A stretch of DNA of 64,000 nt from Treponema sp. (GTDB lineage: Bacteria; Spirochaetota; Spirochaetia; Treponematales; Treponemataceae): the NCBI GenBank assembly GCA_012838745.1, contig DUOS01000128.1, forward strand, positions 124 to 64,123, read 5' to 3'. The stretch's first letter is position 1, and every line of letters begins with the position of its first letter. Positions 47,874 to 60,823 of this stretch are shown here, piece after piece. The notes under the pieces were generated by a model. It was not told the origin of the DNA. It worked only from the letters and a program-made list of their open reading frames with translations, and searched no databases. A program made the position numbers and the translations under genes.

Positions 47874-47893
47874 AAACCCGCTTACGCGGGCTT
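47874..47893 (-). terminator. Hairpin between tuf and rpsJ (weak terminator/attenuator candidate)
   Basis: Minus strand: AAGCCCGCgtaaGCGGGTTT followed by CGCTTCTCT. Confidence 0.3.
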
Positions 47894-47911
47894 GCTACAC
47901 TCTGTGCATTC

Positions 47912-49099
47912 TTACTCAACGATCTCAGTTACCTGACCTGAGGCAACTGTGCGTCCACCTTCGCGAACAGCAAGCTTAAGTCCTTTTTCCATAGCAATCG
48001 GGTTGATGAGTTCACCAAGAATCTTAGTGTTGTCACCAGGCTTAACCATATCTACTCCTTCAGGGAGGGTAATGGTTCCCGTGATATCGGTAGTTCGGAA
48101 ATAGAACTGAGGACGATATCCGGAGAAGAACGGACTGTGACGTCCACCCTCTTCCTTGGAAAGAACGTAAATCTGAGCTTCAAACTTGGTATAAGGCTTA
48201 ATCGTACCGGGCTTGGCAAGAACCTGACCGCGTTCAACGTCTTTCTTTTCAACACCACGGAGAAGAAGGCCAACATTATCGCCTGCGAGACCTTGGTCAA
48301 GAAGCTTGTTAAACATTTCAATTCCAGTTACAACGGTCTTTTTAGTATCGCGTATACCAACGACTTCAATTTCTTCGTTAAGATTTACAACACCACGTTC
48401 GATACGACCGGTTACAACAGTACCTCGACCAGAAATGGTAAAGATATCTTCAATTGGCATTAGGAAAGGCTTATCAACAGCACGTTCTGGATCATCAAAA
48501 TAGTTATCCATTCTTTCAAGGAGCTCATCGATACACTTGGTATCTTCTGGGCTGGCACCATCGCCAAGTGCCTTAAAAGCGGAACCCTTGATAACCGGGG
48601 TCTCTCGTTCGAAACCGTATTCTTCTAGAACGTCTCGAATTTCTTCTTCAACAAGCTCCATAAGATCGGGATCGTCAAGAAGATCAATCTTGTTAAGGAA
48701 TACGATCATCTTGGGTACACCAACCTGACGAGCAAGCAGAATGTGCTCACGAGTCTGAGGCATAACCGAGTCGGGCGCAGAAACAACAAGAATCGAGCCG
48801 TCCATTTGAGCAGCACCGGTTATCATATTCTTGATATAGTCAGCATGTCCCGGGCAGTCAATATGCGCATAGTGACGCTTATCTGACTGATATTCCATAT
48901 GACGAGTATTAATGGTAATACCGCGTGCCAACTCTTCTGGCGCGTTATCAATTTCATCGTACTTAAGGAGCTTGTCTCCAAACTTTTTTGCACAATGAGA
49001 AGTAATTGCAGCAGAAAGAGTGGTTTTACCATGGTCAACGTGACCAATGGTTCCAACATTCATGTGAGGTTTTGTTCTTGCGAACTTTTCCTTTGCCAT
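47912..49099 (-). CDS. tuf: Elongation factor Tu
   Basis: [40 protein letters not shown]. The start is moved to ATG 49099, which follows a GGAGG ribosome-binding site. Confidence 0.97.
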   Translation of the reverse strand: MAKEKFARTKPHMNVGTIGHVDHGKTTLSAAITSHCAKKFGDKLLKYDEIDNAPEELARGITINTRHMEYQSDKRHYAHIDCPGHADYIKNMITGAAQMDGSILVVSAPDSVMPQTREHILLARQVGVPKMIVFLNKIDLLDDPDLMELVEEEIRDVLEEYGFERETPVIKGSAFKALGDGASPEDTKCIDELLERMDNYFDDPERAVDKPFLMPIEDIFTISGRGTVVTGRIERGVVNLNEEIEVVGIRDTKKTVVTGIEMFNKLLDQGLAGDNVGLLLRGVEKKDVERGQVLAKPGTIKPYTKFEAQIYVLSKEEGGRHSPFFSGYRPQFYFRTTDITGTITLPEGVDMVKPGDNTKILGELINPIAMEKGLKLAVREGGRTVASGQVTEIVE

Positions 49100-49208
49100 T
49101 TGATCCTCCTGAAAGATTATAGGCAAGCAATAAAATATTTCTCGCATTATCAGTAACTGATACCCATACGGGCATACAGAATTACCTGAACGAGTAAACG
49201 AACAGTAA

Positions 49209-49553
49209 TCAATAACGCGGGAATAATCGATGATAGAACAGACGGGAACGCATGCCGGAGACCGGGCAATGCATTTTATTGACTTGGGCGTTCATAGGCT
49301 TTCGAACGACCCTGGCCGGAACCACCTGATCATCACCAAAAAACTCTTCGTTCTGATGACTGGTTTGGTATCCAGAGAATTGCACAATGGAAACCCATCC
49401 TGCTTCAACGTATAAAACGTTGACCAGCACCCATGATATCATAAAAATCGATACCATGGACTGCGCAGATCCTGCCAACGGTTTCCCGCCGGTTTTACGG
49501 TCGCGCCCTGGACTCTCAAGAAAACCGAAACGTACGCACTGCGAACGCTTCAC
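49209..49553 (-). CDS. Orphan ORF (possible small membrane protein), coding status doubtful
   Basis: It has one hydrophobic helix ([25 protein letters not shown]). I recognised no family and saw no clear ribosome-binding site. The longest form starts at GTG. Confidence 0.2.
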   Translation of the reverse strand: MKRSQCVRFGFLESPGRDRKTGGKPLAGSAQSMVSIFMISWVLVNVLYVEAGWVSIVQFSGYQTSHQNEEFFGDDQVVPARVVRKPMNAQVNKMHCPVSGMRSRLFYHRLFPRY

Positions 49554-49565
49554 TACAGCGTTTCA

Positions 49566-49594
49566 TATATACACGCTTGCCATTATTTAGTCAA
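49566..49594 (-). promoter_or_regulatory. Strong sigma70-like promoter motif inside the rpsG-tuf spacer
   Basis: Minus strand: TTGACT (49589-49594), 17 nt, TATATA (49566-49571). Confidence 0.4.
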
Positions 49595-49676
49595 GTAGCA
49601 AGGTTACACCATACAAAACGGGACAGTACAAGAACGGGCTTTTCGGAAAAAAACACGTTCCTGCACACTCGCTATT

Positions 49677-50147
49677 TTACCAGCGATAATGAGCAAAAGC
49701 TTTATTTGCTTCTGCCATCTTATGAGTTTCTTCCTTCTTCTTGAAGGCACTACCGGTTAAGTTAAAAGCATCAACCAACTCAGCAGCAAGACGTTCGGAC
49801 ATTTCGCGTCCACTTCTTGAGCGAGCAGCATTGATTACCCATCTCATACCGAGAGCTTCGCGACGCGAATCGCGAATTTCTATCGGAACTTGATACGTTG
49901 CTCCACCTACGCGCCGGCTCTTTACTTCTACCATTGGTTTTACATTATCAAGCGCCTTAAGGAACACTTCGAGGGGTTCCTTGTCGGTCTTAATTTTGAT
50001 TGTATCCATAGCATCGTAAATTATACGCATACTTATAGCTTTTTTTCCATCAATCATCATGCGTTGAACAAATTTTGAAAGAACAACACTGTGATACTTG
50101 GCATCCGGCTCTGGAGTCCGGTCTATTGATTTGTTTTTTCTTCCCAT
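49677..50147 (-). CDS. rpsG: 30S ribosomal protein S7
   Basis: [36 protein letters not shown]. The start is moved to ATG 50147. Confidence 0.95.
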   Translation of the reverse strand: MGRKNKSIDRTPEPDAKYHSVVLSKFVQRMMIDGKKAISMRIIYDAMDTIKIKTDKEPLEVFLKALDNVKPMVEVKSRRVGGATYQVPIEIRDSRREALGMRWVINAARSRSGREMSERLAAELVDAFNLTGSAFKKKEETHKMAEANKAFAHYRW

Positions 50148-50160
50148 TTTACGTGGCTCC

Positions 50161-50535
50161 TTAGGCCTTTGGCCGTTTCGCGCCGTACTTGGATCGGCTT
50201 CGTTTGCGGTCAGTAACACCCAAGGTGTCCTTAGACCCGCGAACAATATGATACCGCACACCAGGAAGATCCTTTACACGGCCTCCACGAATAAGAACAA
50301 CAGAGTGTTCCTGCAGGTTGTGGCCAATACCAGGTATATACGCAGTAACCTCAATACCATTACTGAGGCGAACGCGAGCAACCTTTCTAAGAGCCGAGTT
50401 CGGCTTCTTGGGGGTAACCGTCATAACACGGGTACAAACCCCGCGTCGTTGAGGGCAGGACTGCAGTGCCGGACTCTTTGTCGCGTACACAATTCGTTTG
50501 CGTCCCTTCTTGATAAGTTGATTTATTGTAGGCAT
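50161..50535 (-). CDS. rpsL: 30S ribosomal protein S12
   Basis: [13 protein letters not shown]...[16 protein letters not shown]. Confidence 0.97.
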   Translation of the reverse strand: MPTINQLIKKGRKRIVYATKSPALQSCPQRRGVCTRVMTVTPKKPNSALRKVARVRLSNGIEVTAYIPGIGHNLQEHSVVLIRGGRVKDLPGVRYHIVRGSKDTLGVTDRKRSRSKYGAKRPKA

Positions 50536-50635
50536 CTGCCTCTACTCCTATTATTACCGGCCAGCACTACCGGGTTTCAAACTAATTGGGCTGTATCTTA
50601 CCCACTAACCTCTGTACCTGTCAATGGAACAGAAG

Positions 50636-53600
50636 TCAACCTTTATCATCAGGTCCGAAATCTCCATCATCTTCGTCTGATTCCGTCTCTTTTTCAAGCT
50701 TTCTACGTTCAATAATTTCGTCCATCTGAACGTCTAAATCAATATTTTCCTTATCAAAGAGTTTAACATTACGATACTGACGCATTCCCGTTCCAGCAGG
50801 AATAAGATGGCCAATAATAACGTTCTCTTTGAGACCGCGTAGACTATCACTAACTCCAGCTATTGCAGCGTTAGTAAGTACTCGAGTAGTTTCCTGGAAA
50901 GAAGCAGCCGAGATAAACGAATCAATGTTGAGCGAAGCCTTAGTAATACCCTGAAACATAGGGCGAGCGATGGCAGGCTGCCCGCCTTCATTCATAACCC
51001 TACTATTCTCTTCGTGAAACTTGTACTTATCGACTTGTTGGCCATAAATAAAGCGAGTATCTCCAACACCGATCATTTCTACCTTTCTGAGCATCTGTCG
51101 CACGATAACTCCAATATGCTTGTCGTTAATAGCAACACCTTGCAAGCGGTAAACCTGCTGAATCTCGTCCATAAGATAGTTCTGAAGAGCGTTTTCTCCA
51201 GAGATTGACAAAATATCGTGAGGATCAAGAGAGCCATCACAAAGCATTTCACCAGCTTCCACAGTATCTCCATCGCGAACAAGCAAACGCTTTCCCATGG
51301 GAACAAGATGCTTGAACTCCTTACCATACTGGTCGCGCACAACAAGCACACGTTTTCCTTTTAAGATGCCTTTAAAGGATATAATACCAGATATTTGGGC
51401 AAGAACAGAGGGAACCTTAGGCTTACGAGCCTCAAAAAGCTCAGAAACACGAGGAAGACCACCGGTAATATCCCTAGTTTTTGCAGACTCCTTGAGCATT
51501 TTGGCAATTATCATACCAGGCTTTATAACAGATTTTTCTTCAACAAGGAGGTAGGACCCTCCAGGAAGATAGTAAGAACCAATAGCATTTCCAGACTCGT
51601 CAGTTATAAGAACTCTCGGTTGTTTGGTATCAAGCTGGAAATCGGTTATCCGCTTTTCAACCTTGCCTGTTTCCTCATCAACCTCTTCGCTAAGTGTTGT
51701 TCCAGGAATAATATCCTCATAGTGAACGTATCCACTATATTCACTAATAATCGGCTCGGAAAATGGATCAAAGAAAGCAATTGTTTCATTTGTAGCAACA
51801 AAATCACCTTCCTTAACAATAATTTCTGAACCATTACGAATCTCAAGTTTTTGATCCTGGCTTACTAGATACACTTTATTCTTGCGCACTGCAACGTAAG
51901 CAATATGGGTGGAGAGAATCTCTTTCCCGCCCTGCTTGTACAAGAGTTCATCTTTAAGTACTCGCTGGCCTTCTTCTACGACTACCGTGTCTTTCGACGT
52001 TGTGTCGTACTCGTTGAGCACCTTGTTGGCAACAATCACACCCTTACGTGTAAACAATTGGTTACCGTTGTCAAGCTCGACATGAGCACCAGTTACTTCT
52101 TTAATAATGACAGGGAACTTTAGAACAATACGATTTTCTTCACTAATCTTAGTAGCTGTACCACCAATATGGAAAGTACGCATGGTGAGCTGGGTTCCGG
52201 GCTGACCAATTGACTGCGCGGCAATAATACCAACAGCCTCGCCAATTTCGATAATTTTGTTTAGTGCAAGGTTGCGACCATAGCATTTTACACAAACACC
52301 ATGTTTTGATTCACAAGTGAGAACAGTTCGCAACTTAACAGATTCAACACCAGCAGCTTCAATTTCCAGAGCTATTTCATCGGTAACATATTCGTTTACA
52401 TCGATAATAATATCGGTAGTAATAGGATGAACAACACGCTCAAGTGTGTAGCGACCTTTTATACGGTCATGGAGAGCCTCCACAATTTCGTCGCCCTCTT
52501 TAATAGCCGAATACTCGATACCGTTAATAGTTCCGCAGTCTTCTTCGTTAACAACCACGTCTTGAGCAATATCTACAAGACGACGGGTAAGATATCCAGC
52601 ATCTGCAGTTTTAAGCGCAGTATCAGCGAGACCCTTACGAGCACCGTTAGTCGATATAAAGAACTCAATAACAGTAAGGCCTTCCTTAAAGTTAGAACGA
52701 ATTGGGAGCTCGATAATATCACCATTTGGCTTTGCCATAAGACCACGCATACCAGCAAGCTGGCGAATCTGGTTACGACTACCACGCGCACCAGAAGTTG
52801 CCATCATATAAATGGTGTTAAACCCAGCCTGGTCATTCTCCAGGGTTTTCATCATGATATTAGTAAGTTCTTCGTTAGTTTTTGACCAAACTTCAACAAC
52901 ACGATTATACCGCTCATCTTGAGTAATATGACCTTGTTGATATTTTTCCTGAATCGAAGCAACTTCTTTATTCCCAACTTCGATCATAGCTTCTTTTTCA
53001 GGCGGAATAAGAATGTCTTCCATACTCAAGGTAGCGCCAAAGAAAGTAGCATACTTAAAACCAGTATCTTTGAGCGAGTCGAGCATTTGAACAGTAATCC
53101 ACGGTCCTAGATCCACATGAACCTGCTCAATGAGCTTACGAATTTGCTTGTCATCCATTGCTACATTAGTAAACGGAACTTTTTCCGGCATTGCTTCGTT
53201 GAAAACGAGGCGGCCCGGAGTTGTTTCAACTAACTCTCCGCGATAGGTAACACTTATAAGAGCCTGCCAACCGATGTACCCACCCTCAGCAGCCATCACA
53301 ACTTCGTTTACATTACTAAAACGGCGGCCTTCGCCCTTTGCACCAGGCATAATCTTAGTAAGGTAATAAAGACCAAGAACCATATCTTGCGACGGATATA
53401 CAATCGACTTTCCGTTTGCAGGGTCAAGAAGGTTACGACTGGAAAGCATAAGGTTCCAACATTCCATCTGAGCTGCCTGAGTTAAAGGAACGTGAACGGC
53501 CATCTGATCCCCGTCAAAGTCGGCATTAAACGCACGACAAACGAGGGGATGAAGCTTAATAGCCTTTCCCTCTACCAAAACCGGTTCGAATGCCTGAATA

Positions 53601-54865
53601 CCAAGACGGTGAAGAGTTGGCGCACGGTTAAGCATAACCGGATGCTCGCTCACAACCTCGTCCAAAATGGCAAACACTTCTGGGGCTTCTTGCTCAACTA
53701 AGAGCTTTGCCTTTTTAATGTTATAAACAACGTCTTTATCTACAAGACTCTTCATTATGAACGGCTTGAAGAGCTCAAGAGCCATTTTCGTGGGCAACCC
53801 GCACTGCCAGAGCTTGAGTTCTGGACCGACAACGATTACCGAACGCCCGGAATAATCGACTCGTTTTCCAAGAAGGTTCTGGCGGAATCGACCTTGTTTT
53901 CCCTTGAGCATATCTGAAATAGACTTAAGCGGACGATTAGAGGCGCCCTTTATAACTCGTTTGCGTTTTGAATTATCAAACAAGGCATCAACCGCTTCTT
54001 GAAGCATTCGCTTTTCGTTTCTGATAATGATATCAGGAGCATTAAGCACCATGAGTCGTTTAAGGCGATTATTTCGGTTAATTACTCGGCGATACAAGTC
54101 GTTTAGATCACTGGTAGCAAACCGACCACCATCAAGCTGAACCATAGGGCGAAGCTCGGGCGGAATAACCGGAATAATATCTAGAACCATCCAAGCTGGT
54201 TTATTAGTAGAAGTACGGAAGTTTTCCACAATTTCAATACGCTTGAGCAAACGCTTATCGCTCTTAGCACCTTTTTCTATCATCTTGGCTCGGAGTTCCG
54301 CTGCCAATTCATCAAGATTAAGGTTTTCAAGTAATGTTTTAACTGCTTCGGCACCCATACCTGCGGTAAAAGATCCGCCGTAGCGTTCCATTGCCTCGTG
54401 GTATTCTTCTTCAGTTAACAACTGATTCTTTTTAAGATCAGTATCCCCTGCATCAATTACAATGTATTTTTCGTAGTAAAGGACAGAACGAAGCGCAATT
54501 ACTTGCAAATCAAGGAGCAAGCCCATGCGACTCGGAACTGATCGATAGTACCAAATATGCGAAACTGGCGCAGCAAGCTCAATGTGACCCATTCGCTCAC
54601 GGCGCACTTTAAAGTGAGTAACTTCAACACCGCAACGATCACATATTACACCCTTATACCGGATGGATTTAAACTTACCGCAATAACACTCCCACTCCTT
54701 GGTAGTACCAAAGATTCGTTCACAAAACAAACCTTCTTTCTCCGGGCGAAGCGTGCGATAGTTAATCGTTTCAGGCTTCTTAACTTCTCCATACGACCAC
54801 GCGCGGATCGTTTCGGGAGAAGCAAGCGTTATTGTTAGACTATCAAAATCCTGAATATCTCTCAT
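50636..54865 (-). CDS. rpoC: DNA-directed RNA polymerase subunit beta'
   Basis: Zinc motif [20 protein letters not shown]; catalytic NADFDGD. Confidence 0.97.
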   Translation of the reverse strand: MRDIQDFDSLTITLASPETIRAWSYGEVKKPETINYRTLRPEKEGLFCERIFGTTKEWECYCGKFKSIRYKGVICDRCGVEVTHFKVRRERMGHIELAAPVSHIWYYRSVPSRMGLLLDLQVIALRSVLYYEKYIVIDAGDTDLKKNQLLTEEEYHEAMERYGGSFTAGMGAEAVKTLLENLNLDELAAELRAKMIEKGAKSDKRLLKRIEIVENFRTSTNKPAWMVLDIIPVIPPELRPMVQLDGGRFATSDLNDLYRRVINRNNRLKRLMVLNAPDIIIRNEKRMLQEAVDALFDNSKRKRVIKGASNRPLKSISDMLKGKQGRFRQNLLGKRVDYSGRSVIVVGPELKLWQCGLPTKMALELFKPFIMKSLVDKDVVYNIKKAKLLVEQEAPEVFAILDEVVSEHPVMLNRAPTLHRLGIQAFEPVLVEGKAIKLHPLVCRAFNADFDGDQMAVHVPLTQAAQMECWNLMLSSRNLLDPANGKSIVYPSQDMVLGLYYLTKIMPGAKGEGRRFSNVNEVVMAAEGGYIGWQALISVTYRGELVETTPGRLVFNEAMPEKVPFTNVAMDDKQIRKLIEQVHVDLGPWITVQMLDSLKDTGFKYATFFGATLSMEDILIPPEKEAMIEVGNKEVASIQEKYQQGHITQDERYNRVVEVWSKTNEELTNIMMKTLENDQAGFNTIYMMATSGARGSRNQIRQLAGMRGLMAKPNGDIIELPIRSNFKEGLTVIEFFISTNGARKGLADTALKTADAGYLTRRLVDIAQDVVVNEEDCGTINGIEYSAIKEGDEIVEALHDRIKGRYTLERVVHPITTDIIIDVNEYVTDEIALEIEAAGVESVKLRTVLTCESKHGVCVKCYGRNLALNKIIEIGEAVGIIAAQSIGQPGTQLTMRTFHIGGTATKISEENRIVLKFPVIIKEVTGAHVELDNGNQLFTRKGVIVANKVLNEYDTTSKDTVVVEEGQRVLKDELLYKQGGKEILSTHIAYVAVRKNKVYLVSQDQKLEIRNGSEIIVKEGDFVATNETIAFFDPFSEPIISEYSGYVHYEDIIPGTTLSEEVDEETGKVEKRITDFQLDTKQPRVLITDESGNAIGSYYLPGGSYLLVEEKSVIKPGMIIAKMLKESAKTRDITGGLPRVSELFEARKPKVPSVLAQISGIISFKGILKGKRVLVVRDQYGKEFKHLVPMGKRLLVRDGDTVEAGEMLCDGSLDPHDILSISGENALQNYLMDEIQQVYRLQGVAINDKHIGVIVRQMLRKVEMIGVGDTRFIYGQQVDKYKFHEENSRVMNEGGQPAIARPMFQGITKASLNIDSFISAASFQETTRVLTNAAIAGVSDSLRGLKENVIIGHLIPAGTGMRQYRNVKLFDKENIDLDVQMDEIIERRKLEKETESDEDDGDFGPDDKG

Positions 54866-54876
54866 ATCTGTTCCTT

Positions 54877-57800
54877 TTAGAAGTTGGAGCCTGCTTTGGC
54901 GATCAGTTCTTCGTCACGTTCGGTAAGCGGTATTTGCGTTCCCTTAGCGTCGAATATGGTGAAATCAAGTGCAAGACCACGGAGTTCCTGTACCAAAACA
55001 TTGAATGACTCAGGGACACCGGCCGCAGTAGACGGTTCTCCCTTAACGATTGATTCATAAATTTTGGAACGGCCGTTCATATCGTCACTCTTTATAGTTA
55101 AGAGCTCCTGAAGTGTATTAGCAGCACCGTATGCCTCGAGCGCCCATACTTCCATTTCTCCCAACCGTTGCCCACCAAACTGGGCCTTTCCGCCAAGAGG
55201 TTGCTGAGTAACAAGAGAATACGGACCCGTAGAACGAGCATGCATTTTATCGTCGACTAAGTGATGTAGCTTCATAAAGTAAATTACGCCAACGAAAACG
55301 GGGTTATCGAACGGAACACCAGTAAGACCATCTCGAAGCGTAACCTTAGCATTTAGAGGAAAGTTAGCTTCTCCAAGCTTTTCTTCTATTTGCTCGCTAG
55401 TTGGAGACTGGAAAACTGGTGATTCATACCATTCATCGAGTAAGTGCGCAGCCATGCCAAGCTCAGACTCGAGGATTTGCCCGATATTCATACGAGAAGG
55501 AACTCCAAGAGGGTTAAGACAAATATCCAGAGGAGTTCCGTCTTCCATATATGGCATATCTTCTTCGGGAAGAATCCGAGCAACAATACCCTTGTTACCA
55601 TGACGACCAGCCATCTTATCGCCCTCACGCAATTTGCGCTTGGTTGCAATAAGCACCTTAACTACTTCGTCTACACCAGGATTCAGGTCATCGCCCTCGG
55701 CCCGCTTAAGACGCTGTACGTCAATAATAGTACCCTCAACACCATGAGGAACCCGCAAGGATGAATCACGCACCTCTTTGGCTTTTTCACCAAAGATAGA
55801 GTTCAGAAGTTTAAACTCCGGCGTGGTATCGGTCTCGCTCTTGGGAGTAACCTTTCCAATAAGAATATCGCCGGAACGAACCTTCGCTCCAATACGTATA
55901 ATACCTTCAGCGTCAAGATTATCGAGGCTTTTCTCGCTAGTGTTTGGAATATCTCGGGTCAATTTTTCTGGACCGAGTTTGGTTTCACGAACCTCGGTAG
56001 AAAATTCCTTAATGTGAATAGAAGTAAACATATCTTCTTTAACAACGCGCCGTGAAATAAGAATAGCGTCTTCGTAGTTATACCCGTGCCAAGGGACGAA
56101 ACCTACAATAATATTCCGGCCAAGAGCAAGCTCACCTTGTAAGGTAGAAGGCCCATCGGCAAGCGGATCGCCCTTTACAACCTTTTGGCCAGCAACAACG
56201 AGCGGCCTCTGATGGTAACAGGTATCCTGGTTTGTACGCTGATATTTGAGCAGGGTATATTCGTCTCTTTCAGAAGAATCTTTTGACCCAGCAGGCTTAA
56301 TAACAATCTTCTCTGCGGAAACATATTCTACGGTTCCAGGATTACGCGCCTTTATGAGAACTCCAGAATCGTAAGCGCATTTCTTTTCCATACCAGTTCC
56401 AACTCGGGGCGGCTCTGGAAAAACAAGAGGAACAGCCTGGCGCTGCATATTCGATCCCATGAGCGCGCGGTTTGCATCGTCATGCTCTAAGAAAGGAATA
56501 AGGGAAGCTGATACTGATATAATTTGCTTAGGAGACACATCCATATACTGGATGTCTTTTGGGGGACGAGTAGTATAGTCGCCATGTCGGCGGCAGGAAA
56601 CCATAGGGGCCGAAAGCTTACCCTTTTCATCTGCTACGGTGGATGCCTGAGCAATAAAGTATTTATCTTCGTCCATTGCAGAAAGATATTCGATTTCCCT
56701 AGAGATAACACCGTCTACAATCTTTACATAGGGAGCCTCTAAAAAGCCGTAATCATTTACCCGCGTATAATTTGCTAAGGAAACGATAAGACCAATGTTT
56801 GGACCTTCCGGTGTTTCAATAGGACACATTCGCCCATAATGGGTGTAATGAACGTCACGAACCTCGAAGCCGGCGCGATCGCGAGAAAGACCACCAGGGC
56901 CCAGTGCGTTCAGCCGGCGCTTATGAGTGAGCTCAGCCAAGGGGTTTACTTGATCCATAAACTGAGAAAGCTGACTCGAGCCAAAGAACTCTTTGATAGC
57001 TGCTACAATCGGTTTTATGGAAATAAGATCCTGCGGCTTAATAGTTTCAGTCTCTTTAAGACTCATTCGCTCTTTAGCAATACGCTCCATGCGAGAAAAC
57101 GCAGTTTTGAGCGTGTTGGTCATAAGCTCGCCTACAGAACGAATACGCCGATTGCCAAGATGATCAATATCGTCAATTGTTTCGCTTCCTACATATACCT
57201 TGATTAAGTATTTCATAGTAGAAATAATATCTTCTTTAGCAAGAATAGCTTCGGCAAATGGCTCTGCATAATCAAATTTTTTGTTAAGTTTATAGCGGCC
57301 AACACGACCAAGATCATAACGTCTAGTAGAAAAGAACATAGAAACTAAATCTTTTTGAGCAGCTTCTATAGTAATAGGTTCACCAGGCATAAGCACAGAG
57401 TAGACTGCGGCAAGCGCATCCTCCCGTGTAGGCTCATCGGATTCAACGTCCTTACCCGAGAAACGTATTTCCTCTCGATCGAAACAGTTGATAATCATAG
57501 GAGAATCAAGAGAACCTTCCGCCTCAAAATTGATAACCTTGATTTCCGTAACCTTGTTTTGTACTAATTCTTCTATATTATGCGGGTGCATCTTTTCACC
57601 AGCGCGATAGAGCTTCTTTTCTTCCCCATCTTCACCAGTAATAAAAACTGCTCGAGAAAGAATCCTTCCTACGAGCTTTTCTTGCTTTGCACGATCCGTG
57701 TATACTTTTGCTTTTTCCGAAACATAGAAACAATCAATGATCTCTTCCCTCGTTTCGTAACCAAGAGCACGAAGAAGCAGCGTACCGAGAATTTTCTTCT

Positions 57801-58380
57801 TACGATCTATTTTGGCATAAATAAGGTCTTTTTTTTGGTCAATTTCAAATTCTAGCCAACTACCACGGTAAGGAATAATTCGACTAGAATATATTCCCTT
57901 GTCATGAGAAAAAATAACACCAGGAGAACGATGAATTTGTGAAACGACAACTCGCTCTGCACCATTAATAATAAAAGTGCCCCGATCGGTCATGAGTGGA
58001 ATATCACCCATATATATATGTTTCTGACGAATTTCCCCAGTTTGCTGAAAAATTAAGTTCACGCGAGCCTTAAGGGGAATAGAATAAGAAAGCCCCTTTT
58101 GCTTGCATTCTAGCTCGGAAAATTTAATATTGTCTTCTTCAAGCTCGTAATACTCATACTCAAGAAGCATGTCACCGTTCGGGCTTTCAATAGGAAAGGT
58201 TGAACGGAATACTGCTTCCAAGCCGATTCCTTCTGATGAAAATTCCGAAGGCGCCTCAGCGCGCTGAAGAAATTTATCGTAAGAAGAAAGCTGAATATCA
58301 ATGAGGTCAGGCAAATCCATAAAGTTACGGATATCTTTGCCAATATACTGACGATTGATCGCTTGATTTCTTGCGAACAT
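54877..58380 (-). CDS. rpoB: DNA-directed RNA polymerase subunit beta
   Basis: [21 protein letters not shown], rif-region [29 protein letters not shown]. The start is set at ATG 58380, which has a better ribosome-binding site than GTG 58410. Confidence 0.95.
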   Translation of the reverse strand: MFARNQAINRQYIGKDIRNFMDLPDLIDIQLSSYDKFLQRAEAPSEFSSEGIGLEAVFRSTFPIESPNGDMLLEYEYYELEEDNIKFSELECKQKGLSYSIPLKARVNLIFQQTGEIRQKHIYMGDIPLMTDRGTFIINGAERVVVSQIHRSPGVIFSHDKGIYSSRIIPYRGSWLEFEIDQKKDLIYAKIDRKKKILGTLLLRALGYETREEIIDCFYVSEKAKVYTDRAKQEKLVGRILSRAVFITGEDGEEKKLYRAGEKMHPHNIEELVQNKVTEIKVINFEAEGSLDSPMIINCFDREEIRFSGKDVESDEPTREDALAAVYSVLMPGEPITIEAAQKDLVSMFFSTRRYDLGRVGRYKLNKKFDYAEPFAEAILAKEDIISTMKYLIKVYVGSETIDDIDHLGNRRIRSVGELMTNTLKTAFSRMERIAKERMSLKETETIKPQDLISIKPIVAAIKEFFGSSQLSQFMDQVNPLAELTHKRRLNALGPGGLSRDRAGFEVRDVHYTHYGRMCPIETPEGPNIGLIVSLANYTRVNDYGFLEAPYVKIVDGVISREIEYLSAMDEDKYFIAQASTVADEKGKLSAPMVSCRRHGDYTTRPPKDIQYMDVSPKQIISVSASLIPFLEHDDANRALMGSNMQRQAVPLVFPEPPRVGTGMEKKCAYDSGVLIKARNPGTVEYVSAEKIVIKPAGSKDSSERDEYTLLKYQRTNQDTCYHQRPLVVAGQKVVKGDPLADGPSTLQGELALGRNIIVGFVPWHGYNYEDAILISRRVVKEDMFTSIHIKEFSTEVRETKLGPEKLTRDIPNTSEKSLDNLDAEGIIRIGAKVRSGDILIGKVTPKSETDTTPEFKLLNSIFGEKAKEVRDSSLRVPHGVEGTIIDVQRLKRAEGDDLNPGVDEVVKVLIATKRKLREGDKMAGRHGNKGIVARILPEEDMPYMEDGTPLDICLNPLGVPSRMNIGQILESELGMAAHLLDEWYESPVFQSPTSEQIEEKLGEANFPLNAKVTLRDGLTGVPFDNPVFVGVIYFMKLHHLVDDKMHARSTGPYSLVTQQPLGGKAQFGGQRLGEMEVWALEAYGAANTLQELLTIKSDDMNGRSKIYESIVKGEPSTAAGVPESFNVLVQELRGLALDFTIFDAKGTQIPLTERDEELIAKAGSNF

Positions 58381-58542
58381 CCCACACCCCCTAAAAAACG
58401 GTATAAACACGTGACGGGTTACAAAACTGTTTTCTGCACCCTGCAGACTACAAAAAGGGTCCTACCAAATGCTAGTAGGAGCCCCTTAGAAATAAAAGCG
58501 GTTTAATTACCCGGCCTCTGCGACCGGGTGTTTTTACGAAAA

Positions 58543-58920
58543 TCAGGCAATCTCAACCACGCCACCTGCAGCAGTGACGGATTCTTTGATTTTATCTGCA
58601 TCTTCTTTAGATATGTTTTCTTTAATAACTTGTGGGGCACCTTCAACAAGGTCTTTTGCTTCTTTAAGACCAAGGCCGGTAACACTACGAACTTCCTTGA
58701 TAACGGAAATCTTCTTGTCTGCAGCTGCAAGACTCTTGAGAGTAACAGTAAATTCTGTTTGCTCTTCAACAGCTTCTGCTGCTGCTCCACCGGCTGCTGC
58801 AACAGGAGCTGCTGCGGTTACGCCGAATTTTTCTTCCATTGCTTTGACGAGTTCCGAAATCTCAAGAACGGTCTTTTCTGCAATTGCGTCTAGAATCTGA
58901 TCATTAGTTAAAGCTGCCAT
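58543..58920 (-). CDS. rplL: 50S ribosomal protein L7/L12
   Basis: [17 protein letters not shown]...[14 protein letters not shown]. Confidence 0.95.
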   Translation of the reverse strand: MAALTNDQILDAIAEKTVLEISELVKAMEEKFGVTAAAPVAAAGGAAAEAVEEQTEFTVTLKSLAAADKKISVIKEVRSVTGLGLKEAKDLVEGAPQVIKENISKEDADKIKESVTAAGGVVEIA

Positions 58921-59068
58921 ATTATCTTCTCCTCAGGTTTCTTTTCGGTTCAACGAACCGTTTGTTCCTTGCAAGCATCTGCCGCCGGAACATATGTTTT
59001 GCATGGACAGGACGACAGCTCGCAGAAACGGCAAACACCGTTCCAACGAAGCCTGAACCATGACTGAA

Positions 59069-59575
59069 TTACGCTTCTGCCTTCTGATCTGCGACAGCCT
59101 GCAAGGTGCGAACAAGTTTGCTCGTAGTTGCCTGCATCGTCGACATAAGCATTGATATAAGATCGTTTCTTCCTGGAAGCTTCGAATACGCTGCAATCTT
59201 TTCTGCATCATAGATTTCGCCGTCTACAAGGGCACCCTTAACAATAAGTGAAGGAGCTTCCTTAGCGAAATCAAACAGAACCTTTGCAACAGTATTGGTT
59301 TCTTCAGGAGAAAGAGCTACTGCCGTGGGACCAACGAGAAACGAAGATACATCAACAGTCTTCATTTCCTCAAAAGCTATACGAGCGAAATTATTCTTTA
59401 CTACCTTGTAAGAACAGCCCTTTTCACGAAGCTGCTGGCGTAAGGTGGTCAACTGACCAACAGTAAGCCCACGGTATTCTGTAAAAATATAATCGGGGAC
59501 AGACTCAAAACGAGTCTTAATATCCGCAATTGCCTCAGCCTTAGCTTTTTGTATTTTCTTTGCTAGCATTGCCAT
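59069..59575 (-). CDS. rplJ: 50S ribosomal protein L10
   Basis: YIFTEYRGLTVGQLTTLRQQLRE. Confidence 0.95.
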   Translation of the reverse strand: MAMLAKKIQKAKAEAIADIKTRFESVPDYIFTEYRGLTVGQLTTLRQQLREKGCSYKVVKNNFARIAFEEMKTVDVSSFLVGPTAVALSPEETNTVAKVLFDFAKEAPSLIVKGALVDGEIYDAEKIAAYSKLPGRNDLISMLMSTMQATTSKLVRTLQAVADQKAEA

Positions 59576-59577
59576 GA

Positions 59578-60258
59578 TTATTCACCTGCCTTATATGAAA
59601 CCCAGACTCCGGGCCCCATGCTGGAACTAACCGAAACAGATTGTACAAAATCGGCCTTTGCATCCGCGGGTTTCTTGCGCATCATTTCTACAAGAAACGC
59701 TTCAATGTTACCCACAATCTTAGCTGGCTCCATAGAAGCTTTCCCAACCGGTAAATGAATAACACCAGTTTTATCTGCTCGAAATTCTACACGACCCTTT
59801 TTGAGTTCATCAATAGCAGCCGCGATATCATTAGTAACGGTACCAGTCTTAGGATTAGGCATTAGACCCTTGCGGCCCAAAACCATACCAAGGCGACCAA
59901 CATCCTTCATCATATCAGGTGTTGCAACAGCTATATCAAATTCAAGCCATCCGCCCTTAACTTTTTCAATGTAATCATCTGCACCGGCAAATGCCGCGCC
60001 TGCATCAAGAGCTTCTTTAATGCGGTCTTCTTTACAGAAAACAAGCACTTTCTTTTCGCCCTTAAACTGATGTGGTAAAACAACAGTGTCTCGCACCGTT
60101 TGACCCTTACCAAGCTTAAGGTTAACGTGAACCTCAACAGTTTCGTCAAACTTTGCATACTTAAGCTCTTTAACCAGCTCAATTGCTTTACCAAGCTCGT
60201 ACTGCTGGGTTAAATCAAATTTCTTGATGGATTCTCGATAGTTTTTTCCGTGTTTCAT
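59578..60258 (-). CDS. rplA: 50S ribosomal protein L1
   Basis: FDETVEVHVNLKL...VATPDMM..VGRLG..LG.KGLMPNPK. Confidence 0.95.
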   Translation of the reverse strand: MKHGKNYRESIKKFDLTQQYELGKAIELVKELKYAKFDETVEVHVNLKLGKGQTVRDTVVLPHQFKGEKKVLVFCKEDRIKEALDAGAAFAGADDYIEKVKGGWLEFDIAVATPDMMKDVGRLGMVLGRKGLMPNPKTGTVTNDIAAAIDELKKGRVEFRADKTGVIHLPVGKASMEPAKIVGNIEAFLVEMMRKKPADAKADFVQSVSVSSSMGPGVWVSYKAGE

Positions 60259-60259
60259 A

Positions 60260-60691
60260 TTACCGTTCCACCTCTACACCCATACTTCGCGCAGTACCAG
60301 CTACAATTTTCTTAGCGGCTTCAATATCATTCGCGTTAATATCAGGCATTTTGATTTTTGCAATTTCTTCAAGCTTTGATTTGGAAAGAACCACTCTTTT
60401 TTCTGTGATTGAATTCGAGGCGCCCTTTTGAAGATTACAAGCCTTCTTAATGAGCACCGAAGCTGGCGGAGTTTTCGTGATAAACGTGAAAGACTTATCC
60501 GAATACACCGAAATAACAACCGGAATAATTAACCCCGGTTCCATAGATTTTGTGCGGTCGTTAAACTGTTGCACAAACTGAGGAGCACTAACGCCGTGAG
60601 GACCAAGAGCAGGGCCAACAGGCGGAGCAGGCGTTGCCTTCCCCGCAGGGCACTGAAGCTTGATCAGCGTTGTGATCTTTTTTTTTGCCAT
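60260..60691 (-). CDS. rplK: 50S ribosomal protein L11
   Basis: [25 protein letters not shown]. Confidence 0.95.
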   Translation of the reverse strand: MAKKKITTLIKLQCPAGKATPAPPVGPALGPHGVSAPQFVQQFNDRTKSMEPGLIIPVVISVYSDKSFTFITKTPPASVLIKKACNLQKGASNSITEKRVVLSKSKLEEIAKIKMPDINANDIEAAKKIVAGTARSMGVEVER

Positions 60692-60823
60692 AACGTTCTC
60701 CTATTTGGTAATAGCGGGGCATCTTCGTAACACGATGACGGAACTTCCTTCTAGAAGCTCAACCCCTCCCATATATGTAAGAACAAGCGCACAAACTAAT
60801 GCTTGCACAACGAGCTCTCAATA

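Noticed and set aside
49100-49676. Degraded fusA (EF-G) pseudogene in the rpsG-tuf gap
   Set aside because: I read all three minus-strand frames and saw nothing resembling the G1 (AHIDAGKTT) or other GTPase motifs. The gap is also far too short. A formal tBLASTn is still needed.
50098-50715. 205-aa plus-strand ORF
   Set aside because: It is antisense to rpsG, rpsL and the rpoC 3' end, all of which are unambiguous.
60692-60823. L11/L1 operon leader (L1-binding mRNA mimic) upstream of rplK
   Set aside because: The 132-nt spacer is the right place and contains a GGGAGG-rich segment, but I could not fold a convincing L1-stalk mimic by hand. It is left unannotated and needs an Rfam scan.
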